A stretch of 64,000 nucleotides of DNA. Source: Felis catus. Its lineage: Eukaryota. The notes below the pieces were generated by a model. That model ran no database searches. It saw nothing but the letters and a program-made list of their open reading frames with translations, and was not told the DNA's origin. The stretch spans positions 188,172,001-188,236,000 of the forward strand of contig NC_058368.1 of assembly GCF_018350175.1 (NCBI RefSeq). Direction: 5' to 3'. The number at the start of each line of letters is the position of its first letter. Position 1 is the first letter of the stretch. Positions 25,461 through 38,219 of this stretch are shown one piece after another. Made by a program: the position numbers and the translations under genes.

Positions 25461-26994
25461 TGTGCTATGGCTTTGAATACCCCTAACTCTAGACTGGATT
25501 TTTCTGTTTTTTTCTAATATTGTGTGCTATCTACACATGATAGGCACCAATATTGTTATAAGTAAATGAGAAGAATTTGAGGAAGCAGAAAGACCACCAC
25601 CTCCACCAAATATCAGTGTTGACCAGCATGGTAAATGGGGCCAGAAAATTCTATCTTTGGAGTTAATCCAACAGGCAGGAAGCTACCACATCCATTACCT
25701 ATCCCTCATTTAACACAGATATTTCATCCAAGAGTATGCATCATACTAAGGCCAAGAGTCTTAAATCAGTGCATTCCACTGCCATGTTTTGTTCTACGTT
25801 CTCTCTTTCACAGAGGGAGGAGAGCTTTTCTGGTTGCTCTTAGACAACACCAAGTGCCCTGATCACTTTAACTCTTACAGTGCAGTCTCACTCAGTCCTA
25901 ACCAGGTCAAAAGGTAAGGCCCTCACCTTTGCTTCTATTCGTCACCCACTCTCAACCAGGTACGGTTGTGGGAAGGGGACCAACAGCTTTCTTTCCCCAT
26001 CCTCCCTCTCTGCCCACCTATTCCTTCTCACATGTGGCCATATTTGGTTGGCAGGGATAGCCTGGTTCTGGAAAATTCTGGGAGTTCCAGCCAATCCCAG
26101 CGCAGTCACCTCTCTTCAGTTTGCCAATGGCTCTAGTCAGTCCTTCTCTCACCTGTGTGCGTGAAACCCCTTGGCTACCTTTACAGGTCCTGTCACCAGG
26201 TTAGAGGGAAGTGAATGGAAGAGGAGGGCAAGACTCGCAGGACAGATCTCTCCAAAGCCACACTAGACATAGATCCTCTCTTGCAATCTTTTTATGTCCT
26301 CACTGTGCATACATGATTGAAGTGCCCCCTAACCAATTCTCAGAGGAAATTCTGCAGCCTGGTCCACCACAACTGACTTTTGGTGTTTGATATCTATTTT
26401 GTCTTGGGGCATCAGTTAAAACTTCTAGTTTAACACATTGGTACATAAACCTATATTTCTGAGAGACCGTGGTATACATGGTGTATCTTCTTGGAGCACA
26501 AACTCCAAGATTTGTTCACAAATTTGTGGTGGGAAGTGTGTGGATTGGCAGTTGGTGTGTGTGTGTGTATGTGGGGGGTGTTTAACATATTACTTGGCAA
26601 GAAATACAGATTAAACTTTCAAACAGATTGTATTGTGGATATTTATTTGTGGTGCCTTTTTCAAGCAAAGCCTCTAGCTCACCCCCAACCACCAACAGCC
26701 ACCAGGAGTAAATATTTGCACTTCTCCCCCATTAGGAGAGGGCTTGGGGTAGGTGGAGGAGGCTTTTCTTGAAGCTCTGCTTGAAGACATGGTGAGCTAT
26801 TTACTAATTGCAGTGGAGATTGTAATCAAGTCACCCAGAAGCTGCACTGACCTACTGACATTCATTATTACATTTTTTGCAGACTTGTATGTTAGATTGT
26901 CAGGGATAAGCGAACAGAACAACAGCGTATTGCTTTGTGATTTGGAGCAGGGGGCAGAACGTGGGGAATAGGTGTGGAGTAGAAAGAACCTCTC

Positions 26995-27336
26995 AAAGCT
27001 GCACCATCTACTACAATATCTGTGTCTATCTGTAGACGCATGTGGCTACTGAGCCCTCAAAATGTGGTAAGTCCAACTGAGAAGTGCTGATATGTAAAAT
27101 ACAGACTAATATATATAAAAAGGAAGGGATACTATCTCATGGATAAGTTTCCATATTGATTATATGCTAAAATTATAGCGTCTGGGATATTTTGAGTTAA
27201 AAAAAAAACATACTATTAAGATTCATTTTACTTTTTTTTAAAAGAACTTTTGAAAAATACCGCTCTTGGAAAATTTAAAACCACATATATGACTCACGTT
27301 TGTGACTTGCATGCTATTTCTATTTCACGGCTCTGT
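26995..27336 (+). mobile_element. MER33-like hAT-Charlie
   Basis: catgtggctactgagccctcaaaatgtgg...gtaaaataca...aaaatttaaaaccacatatatgactcac. Confidence 0.75.
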
Positions 27337-27357
27337 CTTCCCAATGTATAATCCAAT

Positions 27358-27574
27358 ATAGTCAGCAAACTATGGCCCATGGGCTAAATCCCAGTTGACA
27401 GTTTTTATAAACAAAGTTGCATTGGAACACAGCTACACCCATTTCTTTACATATCGTCTGAGTATTTTCACACCATAATGGTAGATTTGAGTTGTGGCAA
27501 ATTCAAATGTATGGGCTATAAAGCCTGAAATATTTATTATCTGGACCTTTATAGAAAAAGTGCGCTCACTTCTG
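27358..27574 (+). mobile_element. MER58A hAT-Charlie
   Basis: gtcagcaaactatggcccatgggctaaatc...ttggaacacagc...aagcctgaaatatttattatctggacctttatagaaaaag. Confidence 0.85.
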
Positions 27575-28308
27575 GTAATCCAACTCTCTATATCTTGCAA
27601 GTAAGGAAGTGAAACCCAGAGAAAGCAAATGACTCACCCAAGGGCACATGAACAAGTGAGTCGGAGGCAGGGCCACACCCATCGCTGTCCTCTGTGCTGC
27701 ATTGTGCCTGGACTTATTTGTTGGGGGTGAGATGGAGAAAGTTGTTCCATGCGTGAGGGCGGCCTCAGCCTCCACTTGATAGTGAGCCATGCAGCACCAT
27801 CCCAGGGTTGGCATAGGGCACAGCAGAGCCCTCGACAAGAAGCAAGGCGTAGGAAAAGTCTCACAGAGAGAAGGCTGGAGCCCATCTAGGGATCAGGGGT
27901 TAAGGGGTGAGAGTTCCTATGGCAACCCTCCTGCCGTACTACTTTGTTTCACATGATTCCAGAAATATCTTCATTGGGTCACAACCTAATGCCTTCTCCT
28001 CTGCATCTAAGAGAAGTTATACAAAAACTTCATTTAAAAAACACTGCTGAATTCTTTGCAGAATCCTTTTCTAAAATATTGGCCACTATATTACTCAGTG
28101 GTCTCCAATAAGGATAAACCACATGAGACATTTCTCCTAGGACTCAGTGACAGGAAAAATGTTGTTCTCCAGATGGACTTGTATAGGTTTTTAAATCATA
28201 AAATGAGAACTCTATAACCAAACATGCTGCTCATTTCATGTTGGCTGCCAGGATGATTAGAGCTAAAATCTGTGCTTAATTTCAGTTACCAGCTCATCCA
28301 AGGGGGCT

Positions 28309-28930
28309 TGTGATGGTTAATTTTATATGTCAAATTGACTGGATCACAGAGTGTCTAGATATTTGGCTAAACATGATTTCTGGGTGTGTCTGTGAGAGTG
28401 TTTCCAGATGAAATTAGCATTTAAATCAGTGGCTTCAGTAAAGCACATTGCCCTCCCAATGTTATGTGGGCATCATCCAATCCATCCAATCCATCCAATC
28501 CATTGAGGGCCTAAATAGAACAAAAGGTGGAGGAAAGGAGAATCCATCCATCTTCTGCCTGACTGCTAAGCTGAGACATCGTCTTTTCCTGCCCTTGGAC
28601 TGAGACTTACACCACCAGCTCTCATGGTTGTCAGGCCTGTGGGCTTGGACTGAATGATCTCATGGGCTTTCCTGGGTCTCCAGCCTGAGAGAGCAGATCT
28701 TGGGACTTCTCAGCCTCCACAATTGCATAAGCCAGTTTCTCATAATAAACAAATAAATAAACAAATAGGTAGATAGATAGGTGGATAGAAGATAGATAGA
28801 TAGATACATACATACATACATACATACGTACATACAAACATACATATAGATGATAGGTGGGTAGGTAGGTAGATAGATAGATAGATCTGTCCCATTGATT
28901 GTGTTTCTCTGGAGAGCCCTGACTAATATA
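28309..28930 (+). mobile_element. MLT2 (ERVL) solo LTR
   Basis: tgtgatggttaattttatatgtcaa...ctggagagccctgactaatata; 5-bp TSD gggct/ggtct. Confidence 0.9.
28768..28886. repeat. Compound (GATA)n/(CATA)n/(GGTA)n tetranucleotide repeat in MLT2
   Basis: Seen directly. Confidence 0.9.
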
Positions 28931-30344
28931 GGTCTGTTATATTATACAGTTCCTTCAGCCTTGCTCAGCTTTAAACTTTTATTTTGTAACTCATTTTTTT
29001 CACACACTTACAATGTTACCTCCTCTATGGTTTTTCAACAAATATTTATTTAGGGCTCACCAAGAGCCACACCCTTGAGATACAAAAAGAAATAGTTTCT
29101 ATTCTCAAGGAATTTATAGGATCATGTTGAAGGAAAGCAAAACACTTAGTCACTGGAAATATCAACAGTGGTGGCCAACCTTTTAAACAGGACAGGTGAT
29201 ACTCTGAACAGTGTGATTTCATGAACCCTGACAAGCTTTCCCTACTATTCCATCTACAACTGGGATTGTAGATACATGATTTATATATAGCAACTCTCAA
29301 TTTCTGTGCCCATGGCAGACATCACCATATATCACAGCATTATTTTTCACAAATCTATTGTATATAAGCTGTGGCATGAGTCAAGTAGCCACTGCCAATT
29401 AATTTAAAAAAGGCTATATATGCCATCTTCTACAATCGACAAATAGAGGATCATTTGCTGGAATATAATTTCAGCTTTCTATTAAGGAATAAATAACTGT
29501 GGGAGGAGTAAAGCTTGGTGGAAAATGATATCAGTCACTAACAATTTAGCATAAATTAAATAACTCTCTCTCGCTCGCTTTCTCTCTCTCCCTTTCAACA
29601 GCAGTTTCACATATAGAGTTTTGAATGATCTTGAAAACACTGGCCACCAGAGGCTAGTAAAGAAAAAAAAATTAGAATCTTGAGGATGGTTCAGAACAAA
29701 CTTTGTGTACTCCACCATTTTGTAGATTAATGATATTCTACCTGAATAATAAAGGATCTCCAAATTTTCTCCCTGTTCCTCAAGGGCAAGATTTTTGCCT
29801 CAAATTGCTACCTTGTTCCTTTTCCCTTTGCTTTCTGTCTTCTTTCTCATTATACATTCTTCCTAACTGTAAAACTCCTGAACACATGTGTATTTAAAGG
29901 AGATTAATCATTCAAATACCATAATTAGTTCAAGAATTGTGTCTTTTCGAGATGGAATGAGCTAATTAATTTTTTTTTCTCCCAGGGAACCTGCTCTCAG
30001 ATGTGAGCTAATTAGCGAGCTGCACATCAAAAGAAGTGAAGTGTATCTTGTAAATAGGATTTCATTTAAAACAGATCAAAGAACTATTTGCCCAAATCAC
30101 TCCCCCATCCTCTGATTTCTACAAGCACCAGGCAGATGGCAAAGAGAACAACAAGTCACCAGCATGATAAACGTAACTCCAGAAGGATAACTGTGGTGCC
30201 CAAGTCAAATATTAATGAGGAGAGAGAACCAAGTACGTCCAGAGGTGGAATTTCACTTCTTAGAACTTCCGTGGCTGGGTTTCTGATGCAAACCAGCAGG
30301 GCAATGATCCATGTTTGTGATCCAGCCTATGTCAAAAACTAGAT

Positions 30345-30570
30345 GAGGATTGGAAATATGGCCTCTAGACTCGGTTCTCTCTGACTGGAAAGCTGTGTGA
30401 CCTTGGGCAAGTTGTTTAACTTCTCCGGGACTCACTTCCCTCACCTGTAATGTGTGATCCCAGTCCCTTCTCTCCACACCTCTCTAGAGATTTGTAAAGA
30501 TCAAGTGAGATGATTAATGGGACAAGGGTTTGGAAAAAAATCTAAAATGGCTATACAAATGCGAAACATT
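30345..30570 (+). mobile_element. MIR
   Basis: gctgtgtgaccttgggcaagttgtttaacttctc. Confidence 0.8.
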
Positions 30571-31002
30571 TTTGGCATGATTAACAAGGTCTCTATAGGC
30601 AGAATAAATTAGAAGAAGGGAAAGTTTCCCAGATGCTTTTGGCCAAAACTATAGATCCTGAGGAAAAAAACATCCCAGGTGGCTGCCCCGGCAGATCAGA
30701 TTCACAGCGTAATTGCTCAAACCTCCTTTCTCTTGTGATTACAGTTAGAAATTAGCTTCCAAAGAGGAAACAACTCAACCTGAGGAAGGAAAAGCAAAGG
30801 TCTTTTTGTTTTTCTTTGAAGTTCCAGATTTCTGAACAAGACAGATTTCATAAGAACGGGCTTACTTGTCCTTCTGAACATTTAATCATGCATCCATCGG
30901 CCTAGAAAGACAAACAGGGCCAAAGTAGCTGGTGACTGATGGTGAGAAGGGCCCTTTACCTTGAATTTAAAACGCAAACTGATGTAAAGGAAATCAATAA
31001 AT

Positions 31003-31011
31003 ACATGTATA

Positions 31012-31063
<52 letters not shown>

Positions 31064-31121
31064 TATATATACATATATATACATGTATATATATATACAC
31101 ACATATATACATATATATGTG

Positions 31122-31154
<33 letters not shown>

Positions 31155-31160
31155 GTATAC
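31003..31160. repeat. Compound (TA)n/(CA)/(TG) microsatellite
   Basis: Seen directly; source of the YIYI ORFs. Confidence 0.95.
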
Positions 31161-31749
31161 TGCTATAAAAATAGCATCATGTCATTTTTTTGGTGGTGGT
31201 CATGGAACACTAAGAATTTCAAGGTAGACAAAGAAGTGGGTGGGATATTTCCTAAAGAAAAGCCCTGCCCAGAGAAACCAGCCAATGAATGCATTCCTGA
31301 ACACAAGACCGTGAATGCAGGTGGAGAGGTGCACTTTGGTCTGGTGATGAGCAGTGACCCAGGGAGCGCCTGGTGAGGAAGGGATGGCTCAGGGAGGCAC
31401 TGGAAAGGCCTCAGGTCCCTTTATATATGTCTTATAACTGGCGACAACATAAACCCAGAACTGCTAACTGGGTCCACAGATGTCCTAAGACAAAGACGTG
31501 AGATAATCTGTTTCCTATTCCCAACCTCACCAATCTGGGAAGGCACACTTCTTCCTGCAGGGAAGACAACATGTGAGAGCAAAAGAGGCAGGCCTGGAAG
31601 CTACCTTCTCGCTGCTTCAGACAAGGCAGAGGTCCTGGTGAAAGGGTTCTCATGGGACGAAGGGCTACAGGGAGGTGCAGGGAGAATGGTTAGTCCTACT
31701 CTGAACAACAGCTTTGCGGACACTATAGCACCTGGCAGGGGCAATCTAT

Positions 31750-31970
31750 TTTCTTAAACTTTTCATTATCTTTTTACTGAGGTGAGATTCAATGACAAAA
31801 TATAATATGAAACATAATATAGCATATATAAGAAAACATAATATAAATTGAGCCACGTGAAAGTGCAGGTTTACTGGCATCTGGTGCATCCACAATGTGG
31901 TGCAACCGTCAGTTCTAACTAGCTCCAAACGTTGTCCGCCGAAGCTTGTACCCATCAAGCAGTCACTTAC
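31750..31970 (-). mobile_element. L1MB-like 3' end fragment
   Basis: actgaggtgagattca...cacaatgtggtgcaacc...ctagctccaaac...tacccatcaagcagtcact. Confidence 0.7.
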
Positions 31971-34399
31971 CATTGTATGCTCCTCAGAGGTAATCCTTTC
32001 AGTGGGGGGCCTTCTATGCCCCCCCCCACACCCTCCCAAGTCACGCTCAGAGCTCACGAGTGACTTTTTCAAGCCCAGTTGCAGACCCTCATCTGTGTAT
32101 CTCTGCAGACACAATCTTTGCATATCTGGGCACAAGGGTGAAGTTGGCTCAGGCAATAAGAGACCATAAGACCCTGCACTTAGTGCTGCCACAGGCACCT
32201 TTACCCAAAGGATGGCATCTCTACTAGAAGCACGCCAAGCCTCTGGAGAGGAGTGTGTAGGTGTTTAGTGAGCAGCATTAACATCACGTCTAAGGATGGC
32301 TCTGGGTCGAAGTCAGGAGTGGGAGCATGTCTTCTGACCATGAACAAACTTCCAGCTGGCTATAAGCCCCTTGCTCCAAATCAGTGCTTGAAATGGTGAC
32401 TAACAGCCTCTTAAAGGACTTGACAGTGTCACATCTCCCATGATGTCCCCACAAGGCCAGCATGAGGCAGTAGGAGCTCAGTCAGCATTGGTGGAATTAC
32501 CCACTAGGCAGGAAGGGTGCTGGAAGCTTCTATGCCAGTTAGCAGGGTGTCAAGAGTCTGCACTGGGAGACATCAGGCCCGTCTTGATTTCTCCTCTCTG
32601 CCCCCATGCACTGGTCTCTTGTTATTTCTGAGTCTCGGTGTCCTCATCTGCAAAAAAGTTCAATAATACTTCTCTCTAGGGCCTGGGTGGGTATTATAAA
32701 TGTTACAATAGAGGTAGAGTGCTTGTTACAGTTTGTCTGATGTTGGAGGTCTCCACACATTGTGGGAAAAATGACTTCTGTTGTAGAACTGAGAAAGAGG
32801 GCTGGAAAGTGGATGACATTGTTGGAAAAGTAAGGAAGGGTACCAGCAGGAGAATCAAGACTGCAGGGTTAGCTGGAAGATACAGGGATGGTTTCAGGCC
32901 AGTTAACAACAAGTGATGTCACTTCTGCTTCTCCCTTCCCAAGTCCCAGCAATGATCATCTGAAGGATCTCATCAAGCAGCTGGGGGCCAAAGGACAGGA
33001 ATGAGGGGGTCTGTTCAAACAGCCAGCCAGCCCTTGGTCCCATATGCTCTTGCACAACTGAAAAATAAATAATAACTAAATAAATAAATAAATAATCTTT
33101 CTCTGTTTACCTCCAATAGGAACCAGGTGTCCCATGGAGGACTTGTCCTTTGGCATCCCAGAGGAAGCTCCCAGACTTGGATGTGAGAACAGAGTCTATG
33201 TTAAGCAAAGAGAGACAGATTCCCAAATAGCAAGAGGAGCTTGCATTACAATGTGGAGCTATATTCCCTGCTCCACACACCTGCGTTCCCCTGGGAGGCA
33301 GCACGCAGCCCTTCCACTCGATGTCTGCCCTTGAATTCCTCCTACATCAGCCAAACAAACATCCTGCTTTACCCCAGCAGATTGTTTTCCAAAGCCATGG
33401 TGTTTCCTACAACTTGCCATGTTGGGAGAAGTAAAATATTTTATTTTGGACCTATGATGGACTTCGTTAAGACGGCTCAAAGTACTTTCTCTTCTTTGTT
33501 AAAGAACTGCTTTTATTCTGATGGAACCCTAACTGATAATATAGGTTTGACCAATTTATCTTACCAAGTCAGTTGAAGATAGAAAAAAAAATGGAGATGC
33601 ATTAGCCCGTGAATGTATATTGTGTGTAAATTTATATGGCACTAAGACATTTCCCCATTCTAGAAAACCAGCTGATTTTGTTGTTCATCATCTAACTGGA
33701 ATCCACTGGAGAGTGATGCTCTGAGATGTACCAAGAGCCTTTCCTGACTGATGGAGAATATTTCAAGTTTTTTGCTGTGGTAAACCTTCTCTGTCATGTC
33801 TCTTGTGAGATCCTCATTTAATTCAACATTGTTCACTAATCCTTTGATGTCGGGAGATTCCTTTGGAGAAGCTCCAGGAAGGTGAAGTGACTGTTGATTT
33901 TTATGCAAGTCTGTGTGCACATCTACTTTGGCCTGTTAATTACTTGATATGTTTTCTTTACTACCTAGTGTGGCATAGGTCATTTTGTTCAGTAGGTTCC
34001 CTAAATATTTGAGGACGCTGAGGATACTGTATTATTTTTGAAGGTAGAAAAAAAATATGGCCACCGAGTCTAAGATATTGTGTGGGGGAAAAAAAATAAA
34101 ACCAAACAACAAAATCCAACAATTTATAGTAATCACCAAAGAGAATTACTTAAGTGAAATTTACCATAACTCTTGAAAGACTGCAAACCAATTCTGAAAC
34201 TTAGAGAATTATTTCCTAACTTCCTTTAAATTTATATTTCAACTTTTTGTCCCTTGCTTATTTCATAATACCATTTAATTTAAGTTCCTTCACATTTATC
34301 ATTTCATCCTACAGATTAACTCCTGTTTGTGGTGGTGAAGACAACTATTTTTTAAACCTTAATGCTACTTTCATATCTATTTTCTCATTTGCTCCATCC

Positions 34400-34540
34400 A
34401 ACAAATCTCTGACATAAGTCAGCAATGCATGTGTTATTATCCCCATTTGACAGATGAGGGCACTAAGCCTGAGAGAGACCAAGTGCCTGCCCAGGAAACA
34501 AAGTGGTGGGCAGAGGCCTAAAAATTAAATCTCTGGGCTC
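34400..34540 (-). mobile_element. MIR
   Basis: ttattatccccatttgacagatgagggcactaagcctgagagag. Confidence 0.75.
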
Positions 34541-34879
34541 AGAGAATTAATAGAAAAAACAGGAAGACCAACATTTTAAAAATTACCTGCATTTGGGAAA
34601 ACTCTAGAAAGGAATGCACAAAAAGAAACGAGTTGTGTGAAAGGACTGTGATCAGGGCAAGTACTTATTGTTTAAGACATTTTTAAAAATGTTTTTACAA
34701 TAGTGGTTTCAATATGAATAAAAATTGGGAAAAGGCAATAGAAAACTTTTTGAGTTTGAGTGGAAAATGGTCTTGTATTATATAGGGATGCAAACCAATT
34801 TCAGCTTAAGCATTTCTGGAGTTCAAGATCCAGTCCCTGGTTAATTTTATGCATACAAATCTAAATTTAAAAAAAATCA

Positions 34880-35125
34880 GTAACTAATATTATTGATTAT
34901 GTACTGTGTCACAGGCACTGGACCAGGCACACGGATGACTTTATTGTTTTCTCCGTAACAATCTGATGATTTAGATATGGTTATTTATTCTACAGAAGAG
35001 GACCCTGTGGCTCAGAGAGGTGAAGTAACGTGTTCACAACTACACAGCTAGGAAACCATAAAACTAGGACTGCATCCCAGCCAGCTTGACATCAGAGCTC
35101 ATGTTCATAATCACTATATTATATT
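34880..35125 (-). mobile_element. MIR (near full length)
   Basis: ggctcagagaggtgaagtaacgtgttcacaactacacagcta. Confidence 0.8.
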
Positions 35126-35676
35126 GCCTTGGAACTGTTCTATTTGTCATTGTTGGGAAAGTCTGAAGACATGAAGCTTACAATATTTTCTCGGAATATA
35201 GATTTGTCCCTTCCTCCTTACATTTACTTATATTACTCCTTCTCACATCTGTTTAGTTTTGTCCATGCTCAGAATGAAGAATAAGTGTCATCTCTAGTGC
35301 CACCTGCTATCGATTAGCAGTGTCTGTCTGGAGTACGGTATTGACAAGGATGCTAAGGCTATGAGAAAAATTGCTATGATTGATTTGCGATGTCTGCCAT
35401 GGGCACAGGAGGGGGAAATGTTGGCCAAGAGCAAGCTATTTGCCTGCCAGCCTTTGAAGTTAGGTGGAAGGAAGCATTCGGATAGCAGGCCTGGGGCGAC
35501 TTCTTAGGTTTCATAATCCAATCAGGGAAATGGAAGTGATTTTGACTCCAAACCACTTAAAAGTGATGAGGGAGAAATCCGAGTCCCAGGTGAGAGTAGG
35601 AGCCTGGTCTGTAACGTGACTTCCACTGTTCCTGCCACTCACTAGCTGCGGGATCTTCCTCTTTTTCCCTCTTGGT

Positions 35677-35960
35677 TTCATTTATTTATTCAACAAATAA
35701 AGAGGGTCTACCATATGCCAGACCTTATTCTACATACTGAGGAACGAGCAGAGAATAAAATGGGCACAATCTCTGCCCTTCTGGGGTTTATGTTCTAGTG
35801 AGAAGAGAGGCAACGAACTGGAAAAGAAGCAAATGATTTCTTATAATATTTCAGTGATAAGTGTTATAAAAAAAGCGAAGCAAACAAAAAGACCCAGTGT
35901 AATGAGACTGGGGTGGAGTGAGGGGTGGAGACTCCAGGCCGGGGATGACAGGGAGGGCCC
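35677..35960 (-). mobile_element. L2 3' fragment
   Basis: ttcatttatttattcaacaaata...ctaccatatgccagaccttattcta. Confidence 0.7.
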
Positions 35961-38219
35961 ACTGTCTAGTGGTCAACTCTGCAGTGGCACCGCTCCATTT
36001 GTACCTTTAGGCTTTTGGCTGCAATACATTGGATGTAAACATGTACAGCTCAGATGCCTTGGTCCCCAAATCCTCTCACTTCTGCGGTGTGGCCTCTGAA
36101 TCGCTTTCTACAGCCAGACTCCTCATGTCTCCCCGGGGAATTTTATTTTCTTTATGCTGTTTTCGATTTTTTGCATTTTCTAAATTTCTACAACGTTCTA
36201 ATTATTTTTTTTATTGTTGTTGTCTTTGCTTGTGCTTCCACCCTTCCCAGGGTATGTTTCCTACTTCCTTGCCTCATTCTTCAAGATCCAGGTTGAGTTA
36301 CCCCCATCCACCCAAGCAGAGTTAAGTATCTCTTCCTGAGGTTACCATGATTCTCTGAACACTGCTTTTTAGGTGTTCCGGTGACAACCTCTGGAACTAC
36401 CAGCCTTCTGACCCCAAAATCTCCTCCAGTCGAGTTCACTCTCAACTACCCCAGCAGTAGTGTTGTAGGGGCCATGTCTAAGGTTCCTTTGCAGCCCCGA
36501 TGCCTAACCCAAAGCTTGGTACATGGTACAAACTCAACAGCTATGATATCGAGGAGAGAATGGCTGCATCGATGGGTCTGTGGGTCTGACACACGCTCTC
36601 TGCCGGACCTTCTTCCATAGGTCGCTAAAAATCTCTGGTATACAATTTTCTCATCAATAGGTAAGAGATAAAAACACTCCGTTCAAAGGATGGTTATGAG
36701 GATTACATGAGGTGATTGAAGTAAAGCATTTTTTGCAACACCAAACAGAAAGTTAGCCCTCGGTAAATAATAGTAATTACTAGTAAGTCCAAAATTGAGT
36801 TAATGAATAGTTGTAAAGGCTGTAGTATAATTGATAGTGAAATATGCGTGAATGGATGGATGGGTGGATGTGTCTGCTTTTGTGCTTTAACTTGACTTGG
36901 AATGACTGCCCTGTTTTGAACCCTGGCTTCATATTCTCCTTGGCTATAGACTACCCAGGGCCCCTTCTGTCTCTAGCTTTTTCCTTAGGTGCCTTTTGGA
37001 GCACTTGAAGCCTACCTTCTTAATCACTCCTGCTCATAGCTTGGGGTCACATCCAGAAATTTATCAGATAGGAGACTGACATCTGCATCATACATAGTTG
37101 TGCTATTTTTACTCTTTCCATTCATTTTCTCTCATCCACACATCAATAACTAGTCATTTATGTGGCATTTAATGCTTCATAAACGATATGAGCCTTTATA
37201 CAGCACTAACTGGGAGGGATACAGCGAAAAGAGTTTATTTGATATTTTAAATCTAATTTCTCCACGTTATCCTCGTGTTTCCCCCTGGCGGTTTGCATAT
37301 TTAGATCCAGCACCTGGGGCTTTGCCAAGCAAATTGTTATTGATGTGTGGAGCTAAAAAGGCAGGAACAAGAGGTTTCTTACTGTGCTAACTGGTAACTC
37401 TGCATGCCTTAGAATAAATCATGCCTGGAGCTGCAGAGCCATCCTGGCTTTTTGTTTGCTGATCTGTGACAGAAGCTTGGACCTTTCCGTGTGCATATCT
37501 TATTCCCAGCCCACTGACTGCAGAGCCTTCCTGGCTTCTGCTCGTGGGCAGAGGAATGAGTAGCAGCAAATGGCCTCTGCCTCTGACATCTCTGACAGTC
37601 ACCTTCCTTGGTTGGGAGGCTGAGCTGTAGCGAGGGCTGATGTGGGTTCTAGGGCTGGTCACCAGGGCCCTGAACACTAAGACACAGGCCAAGAAACACA
37701 AGCAGAGGCCAAGGTTGTCCTCACAGTCTTTGGTATCCTTCCTGTTCCAGAGCAGAAGGTTAGAGCAGGAATGAAGTCAAGCACTAGGAAGCCTATATAA
37801 GTTGGTGGAAAGATACACCCATGCATACATGCAAATTAAGATACCATTAAAATTATGCTTTTGAAAATATTTCACAAGGGAGAATGCACGTGATATAGTG
37901 TTAAGTGAAAAAAGAAGGAGAAGAAACATATATATGACCTTCTCTGTGCATATGAGTATATGCAAATGTTTAGAAAAAAAGACTGGAAGAAAACAAAGAT
38001 AGTAATTCTCTTGAATTGTTTGTATCACATGCAAATTTTATGATAAGCTTCTCATCTCAAAAATTTTATGATTTAAGATAGCTTCTCCTTTAAAGATATC
38101 TTCATGATGTCTTTTTATATTCTTCAAATTTTTACAATGTTCTAATATTTAAAAAAAATTATTATTCCATAAGATAAGTAGTAAGACAAGAGATGAAATG
38201 AGAGATGATGGAAGGCAGA

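Noticed and set aside
30882..31376. YIYI-rich ORFs
   Set aside because: Translation of the (TA)n repeat.
33660..33920. 86-aa ORF with protein-like composition
   Set aside because: Not recognised; no poly(A) or TSD suggesting a retrocopy. A blastx search would settle it.
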